This document shows positions 24,088-32,085 of a DNA stretch of 39,503 bases, piece by piece. Both the position numbers and the translations under genes were made by a program. Source of the stretch: a virus. Location: IMG/VR virus record IMGVR_UViG_3300028837_000601, positions 1-39,503 of that record. One strand, 5' to 3'. Under the pieces are notes generated by a model, which worked only from the letters and a program-made list of their open reading frames with translations, was not told where the DNA came from and made no database searches. Every line of letters begins with the position of its first letter. Positions within the stretch are counted from its first letter, which is position 1.

Positions 24088-24300
24088 ATGAATTGGCAAA
24101 AGGTTTTATTTATGCAGGATATTGAACCTGATAATATCATTAAGTTTTCATTTCACGGACGCAATAAACACATTACTCACGCAAAGGTTTTGTCGGTTTC
24201 ACCTGCCACTATAGTTTATATAACATCTGGAGCGGGCTCAATTGGGGAATTAAGGCCATGTCAACTCCAAACATTAAAGGTTTATAAATTCATAGGGTAG
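24088..24300 (+). CDS. hypothetical early protein
   Basis: 70-aa ORF with a GGGGGGAAGGG RBS. Confidence 0.65.
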   Translation: MNWQKVLFMQDIEPDNIIKFSFHGRNKHITHAKVLSVSPATIVYITSGAGSIGELRPCQLQTLKVYKFIG

Positions 24301-24434
24301 AACTTTAACAATTGAATACTGGGCAGGAGCAGATAGACTAAGCACGAAGGTCGGCATTGAAAGATATGTATGACGGTGCGATGCCTGCCCTGTTCAGTAT
24401 TGAGAGGTTAAAGTAAATATAAAGGAGGAGGGGA

Positions 24435-24740
24435 ATGAACAGAATGGATATTGAAAAGTGGGTAGCGTCTAATGCTATGGGTTTAATGTCAGAAATACCC
24501 CTAAGTCCAGATGAAGTAAGGCATATTTCAATGTGTATGGAGCATATCACCAAGTGGTATTATGAGGACTATCCTATTGGCGATTTTCTTACTGCTGTAG
24601 TCAGAAATGATTTTACGGAGGCTTGCTTCCACGCTGATGATATAAATAGAAAAGCATTTTATCTTTATGCCTTATTCCTAGCCAACAAGATACCAGCCGA
24701 TTGGAGAATGAAGGCAATGGGGGTGAAGTATGAGACCTAA
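24435..24740 (+). CDS. hypothetical protein
   Basis: 101 aa with an AAGGAGGAGGGG RBS. The segment YPIGDFLTAVVRNDFTEACFHADDINR looks like a conserved phage family, but I cannot name it. Confidence 0.7.
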   Translation: MNRMDIEKWVASNAMGLMSEIPLSPDEVRHISMCMEHITKWYYEDYPIGDFLTAVVRNDFTEACFHADDINRKAFYLYALFLANKIPADWRMKAMGVKYET

Positions 24741-24900
24741 TTGTAGTGGTTGTGTTTATGATTATTACGAACCTGATACTAACTGGGGAACTTGTAAGCA
24801 TCCTGACTATAATGAGGAGTTACCCGATAAATGCCCAGGATACTACTCAAAAGAGGATGCGGAGGCAGATGCTAAATACAAAGACCGAGACAAATACTAG
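24730..24900 (+). CDS. 56-aa Cys-rich microprotein
   Basis: Not in the ORF track. Translation begins MRPNCSGCVYDYYEPDTNWGTCKHPDYNEELPDKCPGYYSKEDA... It overlaps the upstream stop. Confidence 0.45.
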   Translation: MRPNCSGCVYDYYEPDTNWGTCKHPDYNEELPDKCPGYYSKEDAEADAKYKDRDKY

Positions 24901-24939
24901 GTCATAGCTAACCCCTTCATAACAATAAAGGAGGCTGAA

Positions 24940-25239
24940 ATGGAATATTGCAAAATTTGTGGAATACATCACGATGAAGATTGTCCCGAAGAAGCTGAGG
25001 GGGAATATACTAAAGGGGAATGGGAAATAATAGAGGCAAATAATGGAACTTTCTTTTTACGGGACAGCGTGGGGGTGGAAATCTGTGAATATATCAGGGG
25101 CAAAGCCAATGCCCACCTTATCGCCCAAGCTCCTAAAATGTATGAGGCTATTGAGGCTGCAATTGTAGAGATAGAGGACGGCAGCAGTAATCACGCACAC
25201 TTAATATTGTGCAATGCACTGGCTAAGGTGAAGGGATGA
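24940..25239 (+). CDS. hypothetical protein (N-terminal CxxC...DC)
   Basis: 99-aa ORF with an AAGGAGG RBS. Confidence 0.7.
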   Translation: MEYCKICGIHHDEDCPEEAEGEYTKGEWEIIEANNGTFFLRDSVGVEICEYIRGKANAHLIAQAPKMYEAIEAAIVEIEDGSSNHAHLILCNALAKVKG

Positions 25240-25331
25240 GATACCCACGCCGGTATATGTTTAGTAGCTATCACCAATACACTGTAGCTCGTAGAATATG
25301 GAGAGTATGGAATAGGAGGCGAATAAAATGA
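25236..25331 (+). CDS. 31-aa basic microprotein
   Basis: Not in the ORF track. ATGA coupling at both ends. Translation: MRYPRRYMFSSYHQYTVARRIWRVWNRRRIK. Confidence 0.35.
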   Translation: MRYPRRYMFSSYHQYTVARRIWRVWNRRRIK

Positions 25332-25591
25332 AAGAGCTTCTAAAGGACATAATAACCTGCTCAACAAATATGAAGCAACCCGTATTTAAGTTGAGGAATG
25401 TGTCTACAATTAAGTGGTGGGAGTGGTTATTACTGAAATTTAAGAAAAAGAGGATTAGCTATGATAGGGGTATCAATGGATGGGCCATTGAATGGAAGCA
25501 GTTATTTGGGAAAATCTATGTGCTGAGATATTATCAAAGGCCACCAATGCACCCTAACTGTCGGTGTGTTGTGGAAATTGAGGAGGAATAA
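25328..25591 (+). CDS. hypothetical protein
   Basis: 87-aa ORF with an AGGAGG RBS. Confidence 0.65.
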   Translation: MKELLKDIITCSTNMKQPVFKLRNVSTIKWWEWLLLKFKKKRISYDRGINGWAIEWKQLFGKIYVLRYYQRPPMHPNCRCVVEIEEE

Positions 25592-25592
25592 A

Positions 25593-25769
25593 ATGATAAC
25601 TCAATATCAAGAAGCATTAAAGGCACAGAGAGAGTCAAGAGAAGCAACTGAAAGGGGTGAGGTTTTTACTAACTGCACCTTCTGTAAAGCAGTAATCCAT
25701 TATGAGAAGGGTAAGAAGTTCTTTGATTGCCCTGAGTGCCATCTAACTAATTATAGGGAGGGGAAATGA
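25593..25769 (+). CDS. Zn-ribbon microprotein
   Basis: Start placed at ATG 25593, which follows GAGGAGG. Contains CTFCKAVIHYEKGKKFFDCPEC. Confidence 0.6.
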   Translation: MITQYQEALKAQRESREATERGEVFTNCTFCKAVIHYEKGKKFFDCPECHLTNYREGK

Positions 25770-25999
25770 ACGAGGAAGAGGGGAAGTTCCTGGATTGGCT
25801 AAAAACAGACCAGCCAAGAGTCGGCGACCACGAGTATCTTAAAATTCGTGAGGGATTGCTAAAAACTTGGACTTTAAGAGAGGCGTTCCTATCAGGAGCA
25901 AATAGTCAAAGACATATGACTGCAAATGTATTCAACATCAAATTAGAACTAAAGGCTCTTGAGGCAAGGCAAGCACTGGCTAAGGCTGGGGGTAAATAA
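25766..25999 (+). CDS. hypothetical protein
   Basis: 77-aa ORF with an ATGA overlap. Confidence 0.65.
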   Translation: MNEEEGKFLDWLKTDQPRVGDHEYLKIREGLLKTWTLREAFLSGANSQRHMTANVFNIKLELKALEARQALAKAGGK

Positions 26000-26000
26000 G

Positions 26001-26138
26001 ATGGAGAAATTAACCTTTGCTAAGTTGTTGGGACAGGCACGATACCTGAAACGCCTAATCCTTAATAAACAACAAAGGCGTCTATATCTTCGTGGCTTAA
26101 TTGTGGGTGCAAAGTATTACTATGTGGAGCAAGGATAA
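26001..26138 (+). CDS. 45-aa basic microprotein
   Basis: Not in the ORF track. It fills the gap exactly, and its stop overlaps the YopX start. Confidence 0.4.
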   Translation: MEKLTFAKLLGQARYLKRLILNKQQRRLYLRGLIVGAKYYYVEQG

Positions 26139-26518
26139 TGAGAGAAATAAAGTTTAGGGCTTGGGATTATGTAGCGAAAGAAATGTTGGTTGTTAAGCAA
26201 TTAGAGTTTGGGCGAAATCAAAGCAATGATATATGGGCTCATTTATCAGATGGTCATATTCTAAATCAGCAACACTTTGAACTAATGCAATACACAGGGC
26301 TCAAAGACAAGAACGGCAAGCAGATATATGAGGGGGATATAATCAGATTCAAATGGAGTGACGAATGGATTAGTCCCGTCTTTTGGGATGATAAGTATGG
26401 ATGGACAATTCGGACTATCAAAGTATGGAAATATAATCTGTCCCTACACATTGATACAGTTGAAGTCATCGGCAACATCTATGAGAATAAGGAGCTATTA
26501 AATGACAACGGCAATTAA
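26138..26518 (+). CDS. YopX family protein
   Basis: MREIKFRAWD...MQYTGLKDKNGKQIYEGDII...EVIGNIYENKELL is the classical YopX signature. Confidence 0.85.
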   Translation: MREIKFRAWDYVAKEMLVVKQLEFGRNQSNDIWAHLSDGHILNQQHFELMQYTGLKDKNGKQIYEGDIIRFKWSDEWISPVFWDDKYGWTIRTIKVWKYNLSLHIDTVEVIGNIYENKELLNDNGN

Positions 26519-26636
26519 GGATAGACCGCCTAAGTGTCCTCACTGCGGGTCATACTGGACTGAGGAATATGGGACAAACTACAGATGTCGCAAGTGTTTG
26601 CTTGTGTTCCCTAAAAAGGAGAGTGAGAAATGTTAG
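26502..26636 (+). CDS. 44-aa Zn-ribbon microprotein
   Basis: Not in the ORF track. AAGGAG RBS. Contains CPHCGSYW...YRCRKC. Confidence 0.5.
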   Translation: MTTAIKDRPPKCPHCGSYWTEEYGTNYRCRKCLLVFPKKESEKC

Positions 26637-26803
26637 CATTTGAATATGAGAAGAGAGGGGGAGTTTATTGGATAGAGGGCAAGACTAAACCATGTTCCTC
26701 AAAGACCAAGATGATGGTGTATATTTCTAGGGAGATTTGCAAACAGCTTCCCGATAAGGGGAAGATAACAATGGGGGAGGTAAATAATGAGATTGCTAAA
26801 TAA
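26630..26803 (+). CDS. 57-aa microprotein
   Basis: Not in the ORF track. AAGGAGAG RBS. Translation begins MLAFEYEKRGGVYWIEGKTKPCSSKTKMMVYISREICKQL... Confidence 0.45.
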   Translation: MLAFEYEKRGGVYWIEGKTKPCSSKTKMMVYISREICKQLPDKGKITMGEVNNEIAK

Positions 26804-27053
26804 TAAGGAAATAGCCAATGCCACCTATAAAAGATATAAGGAGGTTACAGGCGATAAGGCTAAGCCTCCGATTGATTTTACGTTAGCTTCTGCCTTAAAC
26901 AAAGCCCAACAGGAACTAACCAATGAGGATTGGCGGTGGTGGCTAGACACGTTTCTTTACATAGATGATCATGGGGATTATAGGCTAACAACGAATTTTG
27001 ATTCTGCTTGGCAAGCCCGCTTAAAGGAGATAGGCAATGAACCGCAAGTTTAG
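26787..27053 (+). CDS. hypothetical protein
   Basis: 88-aa ORF with a GGGGGAGG RBS. Confidence 0.65.
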   Translation: MRLLNNKEIANATYKRYKEVTGDKAKPPIDFTLASALNKAQQELTNEDWRWWLDTFLYIDDHGDYRLTTNFDSAWQARLKEIGNEPQV

Positions 27054-27207
27054 CTTAATCGAGAATAACAAGGGGCTATGGTGCCCATACAAAAGTTTAT
27101 ACTGCCAAGAAGGATACTGTTCTGAGTGTTTTGTTTACCTAGAATACAAGGCTAAGCTCAGAGATATAGCCAAAGAAAACTTAAGGGAAGCCGTCAATGG
27201 AAGATAA
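27037..27207 (+). CDS. 56-aa Cys-rich microprotein
   Basis: Not in the ORF track. AAGGAG RBS. Contains WCPYKSLYCQEGYCSECFVY. Confidence 0.45.
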   Translation: MNRKFSLIENNKGLWCPYKSLYCQEGYCSECFVYLEYKAKLRDIAKENLREAVNGR

Positions 27208-27286
27208 GATATTAATTGGCATTTGGTTCTTGATTTGTTTTCTCTTTGGGCTTAATGTTGGGATAATCTGTATTACAGGAGGTTAG
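27197..27286 (+). CDS. 29-aa hydrophobic peptide
   Basis: Not in the ORF track. Translation: MEDKILIGIWFLICFLFGLNVGIICITGG. It fills the gap. Confidence 0.35.
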   Translation: MEDKILIGIWFLICFLFGLNVGIICITGG

Positions 27287-27288
27287 AT

Positions 27289-27498
27289 ATGGGGAAAAGC
27301 TTTGATTTTGAAGCCTTGCATCACTGTCAATTTGAGCTTTTAGACCGACAGTATAACCCATTTGATTGCGGTGACCCAGCCATATATAGGGTCTGGTGGG
27401 CAGATGATAAGAGCGATGCTATGTTAGTTTGCCCAGAGCATTTCTATATAATTTATAAGAGGGAGGTTAAAAATGGCAGAAAAGATAGTATCAATTAA
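27289..27498 (+). CDS. hypothetical protein
   Basis: 69-aa ORF with an AGGAGG RBS. Confidence 0.65.
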   Translation: MGKSFDFEALHHCQFELLDRQYNPFDCGDPAIYRVWWADDKSDAMLVCPEHFYIIYKREVKNGRKDSIN

Positions 27499-28207
27499 GT
27501 CGGGTAAGGTTATAGAGAAGGATGGGAAGGATTGGGTAGAGCTTATTGACCAAGATGATAAAACTCACCGCATATTCCGTAGTATCCAGAACAATGAGGG
27601 TAACTGGGTTCACCTAGATAAAGAGGTTGACTTCCTAAAATCCAAGATTGAGGCTGGTGAGATTGAGGGCGTGGCATTGAAGCTCAACAAGGAAAAGAAG
27701 GGCACATTCTGGAATGTTACCGGCGTTGAAGAAGTCAAAGATGTCCTCAAGAAAGAAGCCCTGCAACAAGTAACGGGTGGGAGAGAGGCTAGTATTGAGC
27801 AACAGGTGGCTATCAAGGAAGTCGGGGAGAATTGGCGTGCTGGTATATTCAATGAGACCTCACCAGAAGTAATCGCATACCAAGCTTGGATACTTGATAG
27901 ATTAAACGGCTACTTAAAAGGAGGCAAAGATGTTCCTAATAAGGTATCTACTAAAGAAACTGGACGAGTATCTGGAGAAAGACTTGGACAGGGAGATAGA
28001 GAGGCAGGAGAATTTGATGAGAAGGGAATGAAAGCAGCCCTTAACCGAGTAAAGTTCACGCAGAAGGGGGTAATCATTTGGCTCAATCAAATGTTCGGTA
28101 TTAAAGAGACCGAAAACCCAATAGATATGATGAGGCAACTAAATACTAAACAGCTTGAAGTCTTTTTGGCGGAGATAAAGTCTAGGGAAAAGGAGAAGGT
28201 AGAATGA
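27473..28207 (+). CDS. hypothetical protein (possible DNA-binding / recombination accessory; function unknown)
   Basis: 244 aa, the largest early ORF before the replication block. GAGGGAGG RBS. No motif recognised. Confidence 0.7.
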   Translation: MAEKIVSIKSGKVIEKDGKDWVELIDQDDKTHRIFRSIQNNEGNWVHLDKEVDFLKSKIEAGEIEGVALKLNKEKKGTFWNVTGVEEVKDVLKKEALQQVTGGREASIEQQVAIKEVGENWRAGIFNETSPEVIAYQAWILDRLNGYLKGGKDVPNKVSTKETGRVSGERLGQGDREAGEFDEKGMKAALNRVKFTQKGVIIWLNQMFGIKETENPIDMMRQLNTKQLEVFLAEIKSREKEKVE

Positions 28208-28383
28208 GACTAGAAAAAGCTATTGAAATCCTAACTCAACATCAAAAGGGGACTGACCCTCTCTATTTGCCTGAACTGCCTAAAGCCGAGAAGCTAGGCA
28301 TTGAAGCCCTGAAACGCATCAGGAACCGTCGCCCACTTAATGCTGGCGGACATCCCCACCTACTACCAGGTGAGACCGAATGA
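28204..28383 (+). CDS. 59-aa hypothetical protein
   Basis: Not in the ORF track. ATGA coupling at both ends, AAGGAGAAGG RBS. Confidence 0.5.
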   Translation: MRLEKAIEILTQHQKGTDPLYLPELPKAEKLGIEALKRIRNRRPLNAGGHPHLLPGETE

Positions 28384-28493
28384 ACTGGCTAAAGGATAAC
28401 TGGTGGTGGATTGTGTTTATTATCTGTGTTTATGTCTTAGGTGCGAGTGTTGGATGGGAAGTAGGTAATCTTCTAAAGGAGGGACTGAGATGA
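28380..28493 (+). CDS. 37-aa single-TM peptide
   Basis: Not in the ORF track. Translation: MNWLKDNWWWIVFIICVYVLGASVGWEVGNLLKEGLR. Confidence 0.4.
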   Translation: MNWLKDNWWWIVFIICVYVLGASVGWEVGNLLKEGLR

Positions 28494-28843
28494 AGCAGAG
28501 TAAATTTATTAGGAAGTGTGGTCCCTATGAAGTCTACAGTATATCTCAAGATAGACACGGTGTGAGGTTAGAAATATATCCTGCCTACCCGCAATATGAG
28601 GAGTTTTCCGATGGTTTTAGTTGGGCAATTCATCGCCAAAATGGAGATGGCGGCGGTCCCAGTATTTTTACAGCAATAGCTTTGGCGAAGGAGTTTGAGG
28701 AGTGGTTAAATCAGTTCTATAGCGAGGCGAAAGTTAATAACTGGAAGACCACACTAGGGAGAGCTCTAAAGAAAGTTCGTGAGAAGGCTCAAAAGCGATT
28801 TGAGAAAGCAATGGAGAAACAAGCAAAGGGGATGCCAAGATGA
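28490..28843 (+). CDS. hypothetical protein
   Basis: 117-aa ORF with an AAGGAGGG RBS. Confidence 0.7.
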   Translation: MKQSKFIRKCGPYEVYSISQDRHGVRLEIYPAYPQYEEFSDGFSWAIHRQNGDGGGPSIFTAIALAKEFEEWLNQFYSEAKVNNWKTTLGRALKKVREKAQKRFEKAMEKQAKGMPR

Positions 28844-28905
28844 TATTAGATTTACTCTATGCGATTTACTTATTTATAATAGAAAGGCTAAGGGGGGAAG
28901 AATGA
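28840..28905 (+). CDS. 21-aa coupled mini-ORF
   Basis: ATGA overlaps at both ends. Translation: MILDLLYAIYLFIIERLRGEE. Confidence 0.25.
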   Translation: MILDLLYAIYLFIIERLRGEE

Positions 28906-29153
28906 GTGATGAGCAGAGAATAGATAAGCTGGAGAAGTTATACGAGACACTGTATCACGAAATGGAGCTTCTTTCTATCTATATCCCTAGACTAACAGAT
29001 ATTCTTATAGGGTATTGGAGCACTTCTGGAAAGCATAGGGGGGCAGTTCTTACCGACATCCGAACTATCAGAGATGCCATTGACGAACACTTTAAGACCC
29101 ATTACCTTGATAAGAAAAAGGGTAAGACTAAGTATGAGAAGTATATCTCCTAA
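28902..29153 (+). CDS. hypothetical protein
   Basis: Start placed at ATG 28902 (MSDEQRIDKLEKLY), which follows AAGGGGGGAAG. Confidence 0.6.
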   Translation: MSDEQRIDKLEKLYETLYHEMELLSIYIPRLTDILIGYWSTSGKHRGAVLTDIRTIRDAIDEHFKTHYLDKKKGKTKYEKYIS

Positions 29154-29178
29154 TATAAAAATATCTTAATAAGGGAGG

Positions 29179-29273
29179 TGTCCGCCACGACTGCTAGGCG
29201 GACAAGGCGGACAATCTAGCTATGAATAGGCGGACACAGATGGACAAAGCGGACAGGGCGGACAAGGCGGACA
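29179..29273. repeat. iteron array: 7 direct plus 1 inverted copy of GGCGGACA (9-bp phasing)
   Basis: Direct copies at 29197, 29206, 29229, 29239 (GATGGACA), 29248 (AGCGGACA), 29257 and 29266. Inverted copy TGTCCGCC at 29179-29186. The array ends 13 nt before ATG 29287. Confidence 0.85.
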
Positions 29274-29286
29274 AGAAGGAGTTAAA

Positions 29287-30306
29287 ATGGCAGAGCGACT
29301 CTCGGATAAGTTAAGGGAATACTTGAGGAAGGCACAGGGTAGAATAGTAAATCTCAGAGACTTGAGGTCGGAATTAAGAATAGACCCATCTGACCCTGCG
29401 TGGGAGAGTTTGGGTCGTGAGATGAGACGGCTTGCCACAGAAAAGATAGTTCGTCCCTCCGGTAAGAATGATGGCTTCTACAAGGTTGTTACTCAGGTTA
29501 AACCCGTGAGGGTATTTATCAAGGAGCGGGAACGCAGACCGCCGTTTAATCTAATGTTCCCCAAAGACTTTGATACAGGTATGGAGATGTGCTTCGCTGA
29601 AGATATAGTAATTAGGGAAGGAGACCTAATTTCAGTTGGTGGTGTTAGTAACTATGGCAAGACTTGCATCGCCCTGAATATCTGCGGAGAGAATATACAT
29701 CATCTCCCTATACTAATGGGAAACGAATATACGACTAGAGTTGGGGAGACCAATGAATACGAACCCACTCCTAGATTTCTGAATAGACTGGACAATATGG
29801 ATTGGGTGGAGTGGGTGAATGGTAGCGGACAGGATAAGTTCACATTACTCCCTGTAAGGGCTGATTATGCAGAGCACATAGTCAAGGACAGGATAAACAT
29901 TATTGATTGGGTAAATCTGGATGCTAACAGACTATATGATATAAGCCAGTTAGAGGAAGACATTAAGGCGGAGATTGGTAGGGGAATTGCTGTTATAGTC
30001 CTCCAGAAAGGTGAGGGGGCAGATGTGGCTCGTGGCGGGCAGTTCGTTAAAGATTTCGTAGATTGCGAATTGAACATAGATAAACTTACAGAAAGAGAGA
30101 GTATGCTAACCATAGGCAAGGTCAAGGAATATACGAAGTCGGTAATGGGCAGGAAGTTTGCCTTTGGTATCTTCAAGGGGGTTAAGATTACTAACTTCAG
30201 AGAGATAGTCAAGTGTAATGTATGTTATGGCAAGGGATGGAAGAAGTCGGGCAATACAAGTATCCCTTGTGATGAGTGTAATAAAACGGGGTATGTGGAC
30301 AAATGA
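29287..30306 (+). CDS. replication initiator / helicase-like RecA-fold ATPase with N-terminal wHTH-like domain and C-terminal DnaJ-type Zn finger
   Basis: 339 aa. Walker A GGVSNYGKT, Walker B-like INIIDWVNL, and DnaB-H4-like ARGGQFVKDFVDCEL. C-terminal CNVCYGKGW...CDECNKTGYV. Confidence 0.6.
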   Translation: MAERLSDKLREYLRKAQGRIVNLRDLRSELRIDPSDPAWESLGREMRRLATEKIVRPSGKNDGFYKVVTQVKPVRVFIKERERRPPFNLMFPKDFDTGMEMCFAEDIVIREGDLISVGGVSNYGKTCIALNICGENIHHLPILMGNEYTTRVGETNEYEPTPRFLNRLDNMDWVEWVNGSGQDKFTLLPVRADYAEHIVKDRINIIDWVNLDANRLYDISQLEEDIKAEIGRGIAVIVLQKGEGADVARGGQFVKDFVDCELNIDKLTERESMLTIGKVKEYTKSVMGRKFAFGIFKGVKITNFREIVKCNVCYGKGWKKSGNTSIPCDECNKTGYVDK

Positions 30307-30647
30307 AAGTAACAGTAGAAATGCCATACATAGGGAAGGAACTGAGTGTCAATCACTATAAGTATTTCTGGTATACCAAGAGAGAGACCCGTGATTGGAT
30401 GGAGCTTTTGGGGTGGAAGATAAAGACATCTCATATTGAGGATTGGAAACTACCATTAAAAGTTCGTTTAGATGGTAGGTTCAAAGACAAAAGAAATCAG
30501 CCAGATTTAAGTAACCTCGGAAAAGTTTGCTTAGATGCTATTGAAGAAGCTACGGGGGTGAATGACAGAGATATGAGATGGGAAGATGGTGATGTAACCT
30601 ATGGTGAACCTATGCTATGGATAACTATTTCAGAGATGGTCAAATAA
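30303..30647 (+). CDS. rusA: RusA-family Holliday junction resolvase
   Basis: 114 aa. Contains ELSVNHYKY and KRNQPDLSNLGKVCLDAIEEATGVNDRDM (compare RusA DLDNLxK...DAL...DD). Confidence 0.7.
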   Translation: MKVTVEMPYIGKELSVNHYKYFWYTKRETRDWMELLGWKIKTSHIEDWKLPLKVRLDGRFKDKRNQPDLSNLGKVCLDAIEEATGVNDRDMRWEDGDVTYGEPMLWITISEMVK

Positions 30648-30671
30648 TATATGCTGAAAGGAGGGGATAAA

Positions 30672-30875
30672 ATGAACACAGATACGGGGAAAATTAGACG
30701 ATTGGCATTGGGGGAAAAACCAAAACCGAATGAAGTTCTAGTTAACGAGCCTAATCCAAATTGTCGTAGATGTAAAGGAAGGGGCTCAATTTTAGATGGC
30801 AACCGCAAACAAAGACGCCATAATTTGATACCAATGCATTATATACCCTGCCCTGATTGTGCTGGTAAGAAGTAG
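30672..30875 (+). CDS. DnaJ-type Zn-finger microprotein
   Basis: Start placed at ATG 30672, which follows AAGGAGGGG. Contains CRRCKGRGS...CPDCAGKK. Confidence 0.6.
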   Translation: MNTDTGKIRRLALGEKPKPNEVLVNEPNPNCRRCKGRGSILDGNRKQRRHNLIPMHYIPCPDCAGKK

Positions 30876-30925
30876 AGAGTGATATAGAGCTGTAATGGAG
30901 AGAATATATTAGGAGGTATAGATGA
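30869..30925 (+). repeat. 57-bp intergenic leader, copy A (about 87 percent identical to 31799..31855)
   Basis: Sequence: GAAGTAGAGAGTGATATAGAGCTGTAATGGAGAGAATATATTAGGAGGTATAGATGA. Confidence 0.85.
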
Positions 30926-31215
30926 TAAAAGAACAAGTGGCAGAGATATTACTAGAACATTTTAACAATGGATTTGTAATGGGGGAAATTGGAGTAGGTG
31001 ATGACCAAGAAGCCACGGATAAAGCACTAGGAGTAATCCTCAATCTCTTCAAAGCAGAAGTAGATAAACTGACAGTGATGGATGGGGAAAGGGTTAGTGC
31101 TATTTGGGGGATAGTGTCAGGAAGAAGCGATGCACAAAGGATGGTGGGAGCTCAGTTACAATACACCAAGAAACAACTATTGGATTTAATGGAGATGAAT
31201 TGTGAAACAGATTAG
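30922..31215 (+). CDS. hypothetical protein
   Basis: 97-aa ORF. First gene of duplicated cassette A. Confidence 0.7.
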   Translation: MIKEQVAEILLEHFNNGFVMGEIGVGDDQEATDKALGVILNLFKAEVDKLTVMDGERVSAIWGIVSGRSDAQRMVGAQLQYTKKQLLDLMEMNCETD

Positions 31216-31501
31216 CGATAAACAGAGAAGGCTAGAAGCTAGAAGAGCTAAGGTAAAGGCTGAACGCATAGAATATCTAGTGGATAAATATGGGTTTAAT
31301 ATATGTGAATATTGCGGTCAAACTGGCTTCATTGGTGGCGATGAACTTCTGACTTTGGATATGCACGAAATAGATGGCAATCACCAAAACTGTGACCCTA
31401 ACAATGAATATATCTGCCACAGAAAATGCCATTCGTATATCACCGACCACAATATTTTAGTAACACAAGAAGATTTTCAAAGTAGGGAATTATTCTTATA
31501 A
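31202..31501 (+). CDS. HNH-type endonuclease-like protein
   Basis: 99 aa. ISDKQRRLEARRAKVK...CEYCGQ...MHEIDGNHQNCDPNNEYICHRKCH. Paralogue of 32067..32357. GTG start. Confidence 0.6.
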   Translation: MKQISDKQRRLEARRAKVKAERIEYLVDKYGFNICEYCGQTGFIGGDELLTLDMHEIDGNHQNCDPNNEYICHRKCHSYITDHNILVTQEDFQSRELFL

Positions 31502-31512
31502 GGGGGAAGTAA

Positions 31513-31797
31513 ATGAAAGCTGATAAGGTTACGGGTTATGAACTAAGACCAGCAGTAAGAGTATTTGCTGAAGCTATGGAGAAAACCTTAAGGGAAAATG
31601 ATTATAAGGGTGGATGGGGACTTCAGGATTGTTCAACACATTATCTCCTTTGTCGTCTAGCTGGAGAAGTGGGCGAGTTATTTGCTCTTAATGCTAAAGT
31701 GGGTGATTACTATGTGAATGAAAAGGAATTAGAAGATATTGCTAATTTTGCTATGATGCTTTGGAATAGAAGCAAGGGCACATTAATGTATAGGTAA
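31513..31797 (+). CDS. MazG-like nucleotide pyrophosphohydrolase domain protein
   Basis: 94 aa. The segment LLCRLAGEVGELFA...EKELEDIANFAMMLWN fits the EExxE/D helical MazG pattern. Confidence 0.5.
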   Translation: MKADKVTGYELRPAVRVFAEAMEKTLRENDYKGGWGLQDCSTHYLLCRLAGEVGELFALNAKVGDYYVNEKELEDIANFAMMLWNRSKGTLMYR

Positions 31798-31798
31798 T

Positions 31799-31855
31799 GA
31801 AGTAGAGAGTAATACAGGATTGTAATGGAGAAAGTATATTAGGAGGTATAGATGA
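31799..31855 (+). repeat. 57-bp intergenic leader, copy B
   Basis: Sequence: GAAGTAGAGAGTAATACAGGATTGTAATGGAGAAAGTATATTAGGAGGTATAGATGA. Confidence 0.85.
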
Positions 31856-32085
31856 AACAGATACTATTAACTGATGAAGAGATGGAACGAGCTTTCTTGA
31901 ACCACCTATCAAATTGGGCGTTGGCTGGATATGATGATAGTTGGGGTGACAATGGTATGGCAAAGGATACTTATGGAGTTATTCGCAAAGCCCAGCTCCA
32001 AGAAGTATTAAAGCGGTTTCACGGAACGACAAATTGGGTAGCTATTGTTGAGCAAATGGAGAAGGAATGCGGAAGTCAAGAATAA
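31852..32085 (+). CDS. hypothetical protein
   Basis: 77-aa ORF. First gene of duplicated cassette B. Confidence 0.7.
   Translation: MKQILLTDEEMERAFLNHLSNWALAGYDDSWGDNGMAKDTYGVIRKAQLQEVLKRFHGTTNWVAIVEQMEKECGSQE

Noticed and set aside
29220-29438. Minus-strand 72-aa ORF ending in CPPCPPCPLCP
   Set aside because: Its Cys-Pro repeat is simply the reverse-complement translation of the GGCGGACA iterons. The rest is antisense to the well-supported ATPase gene.
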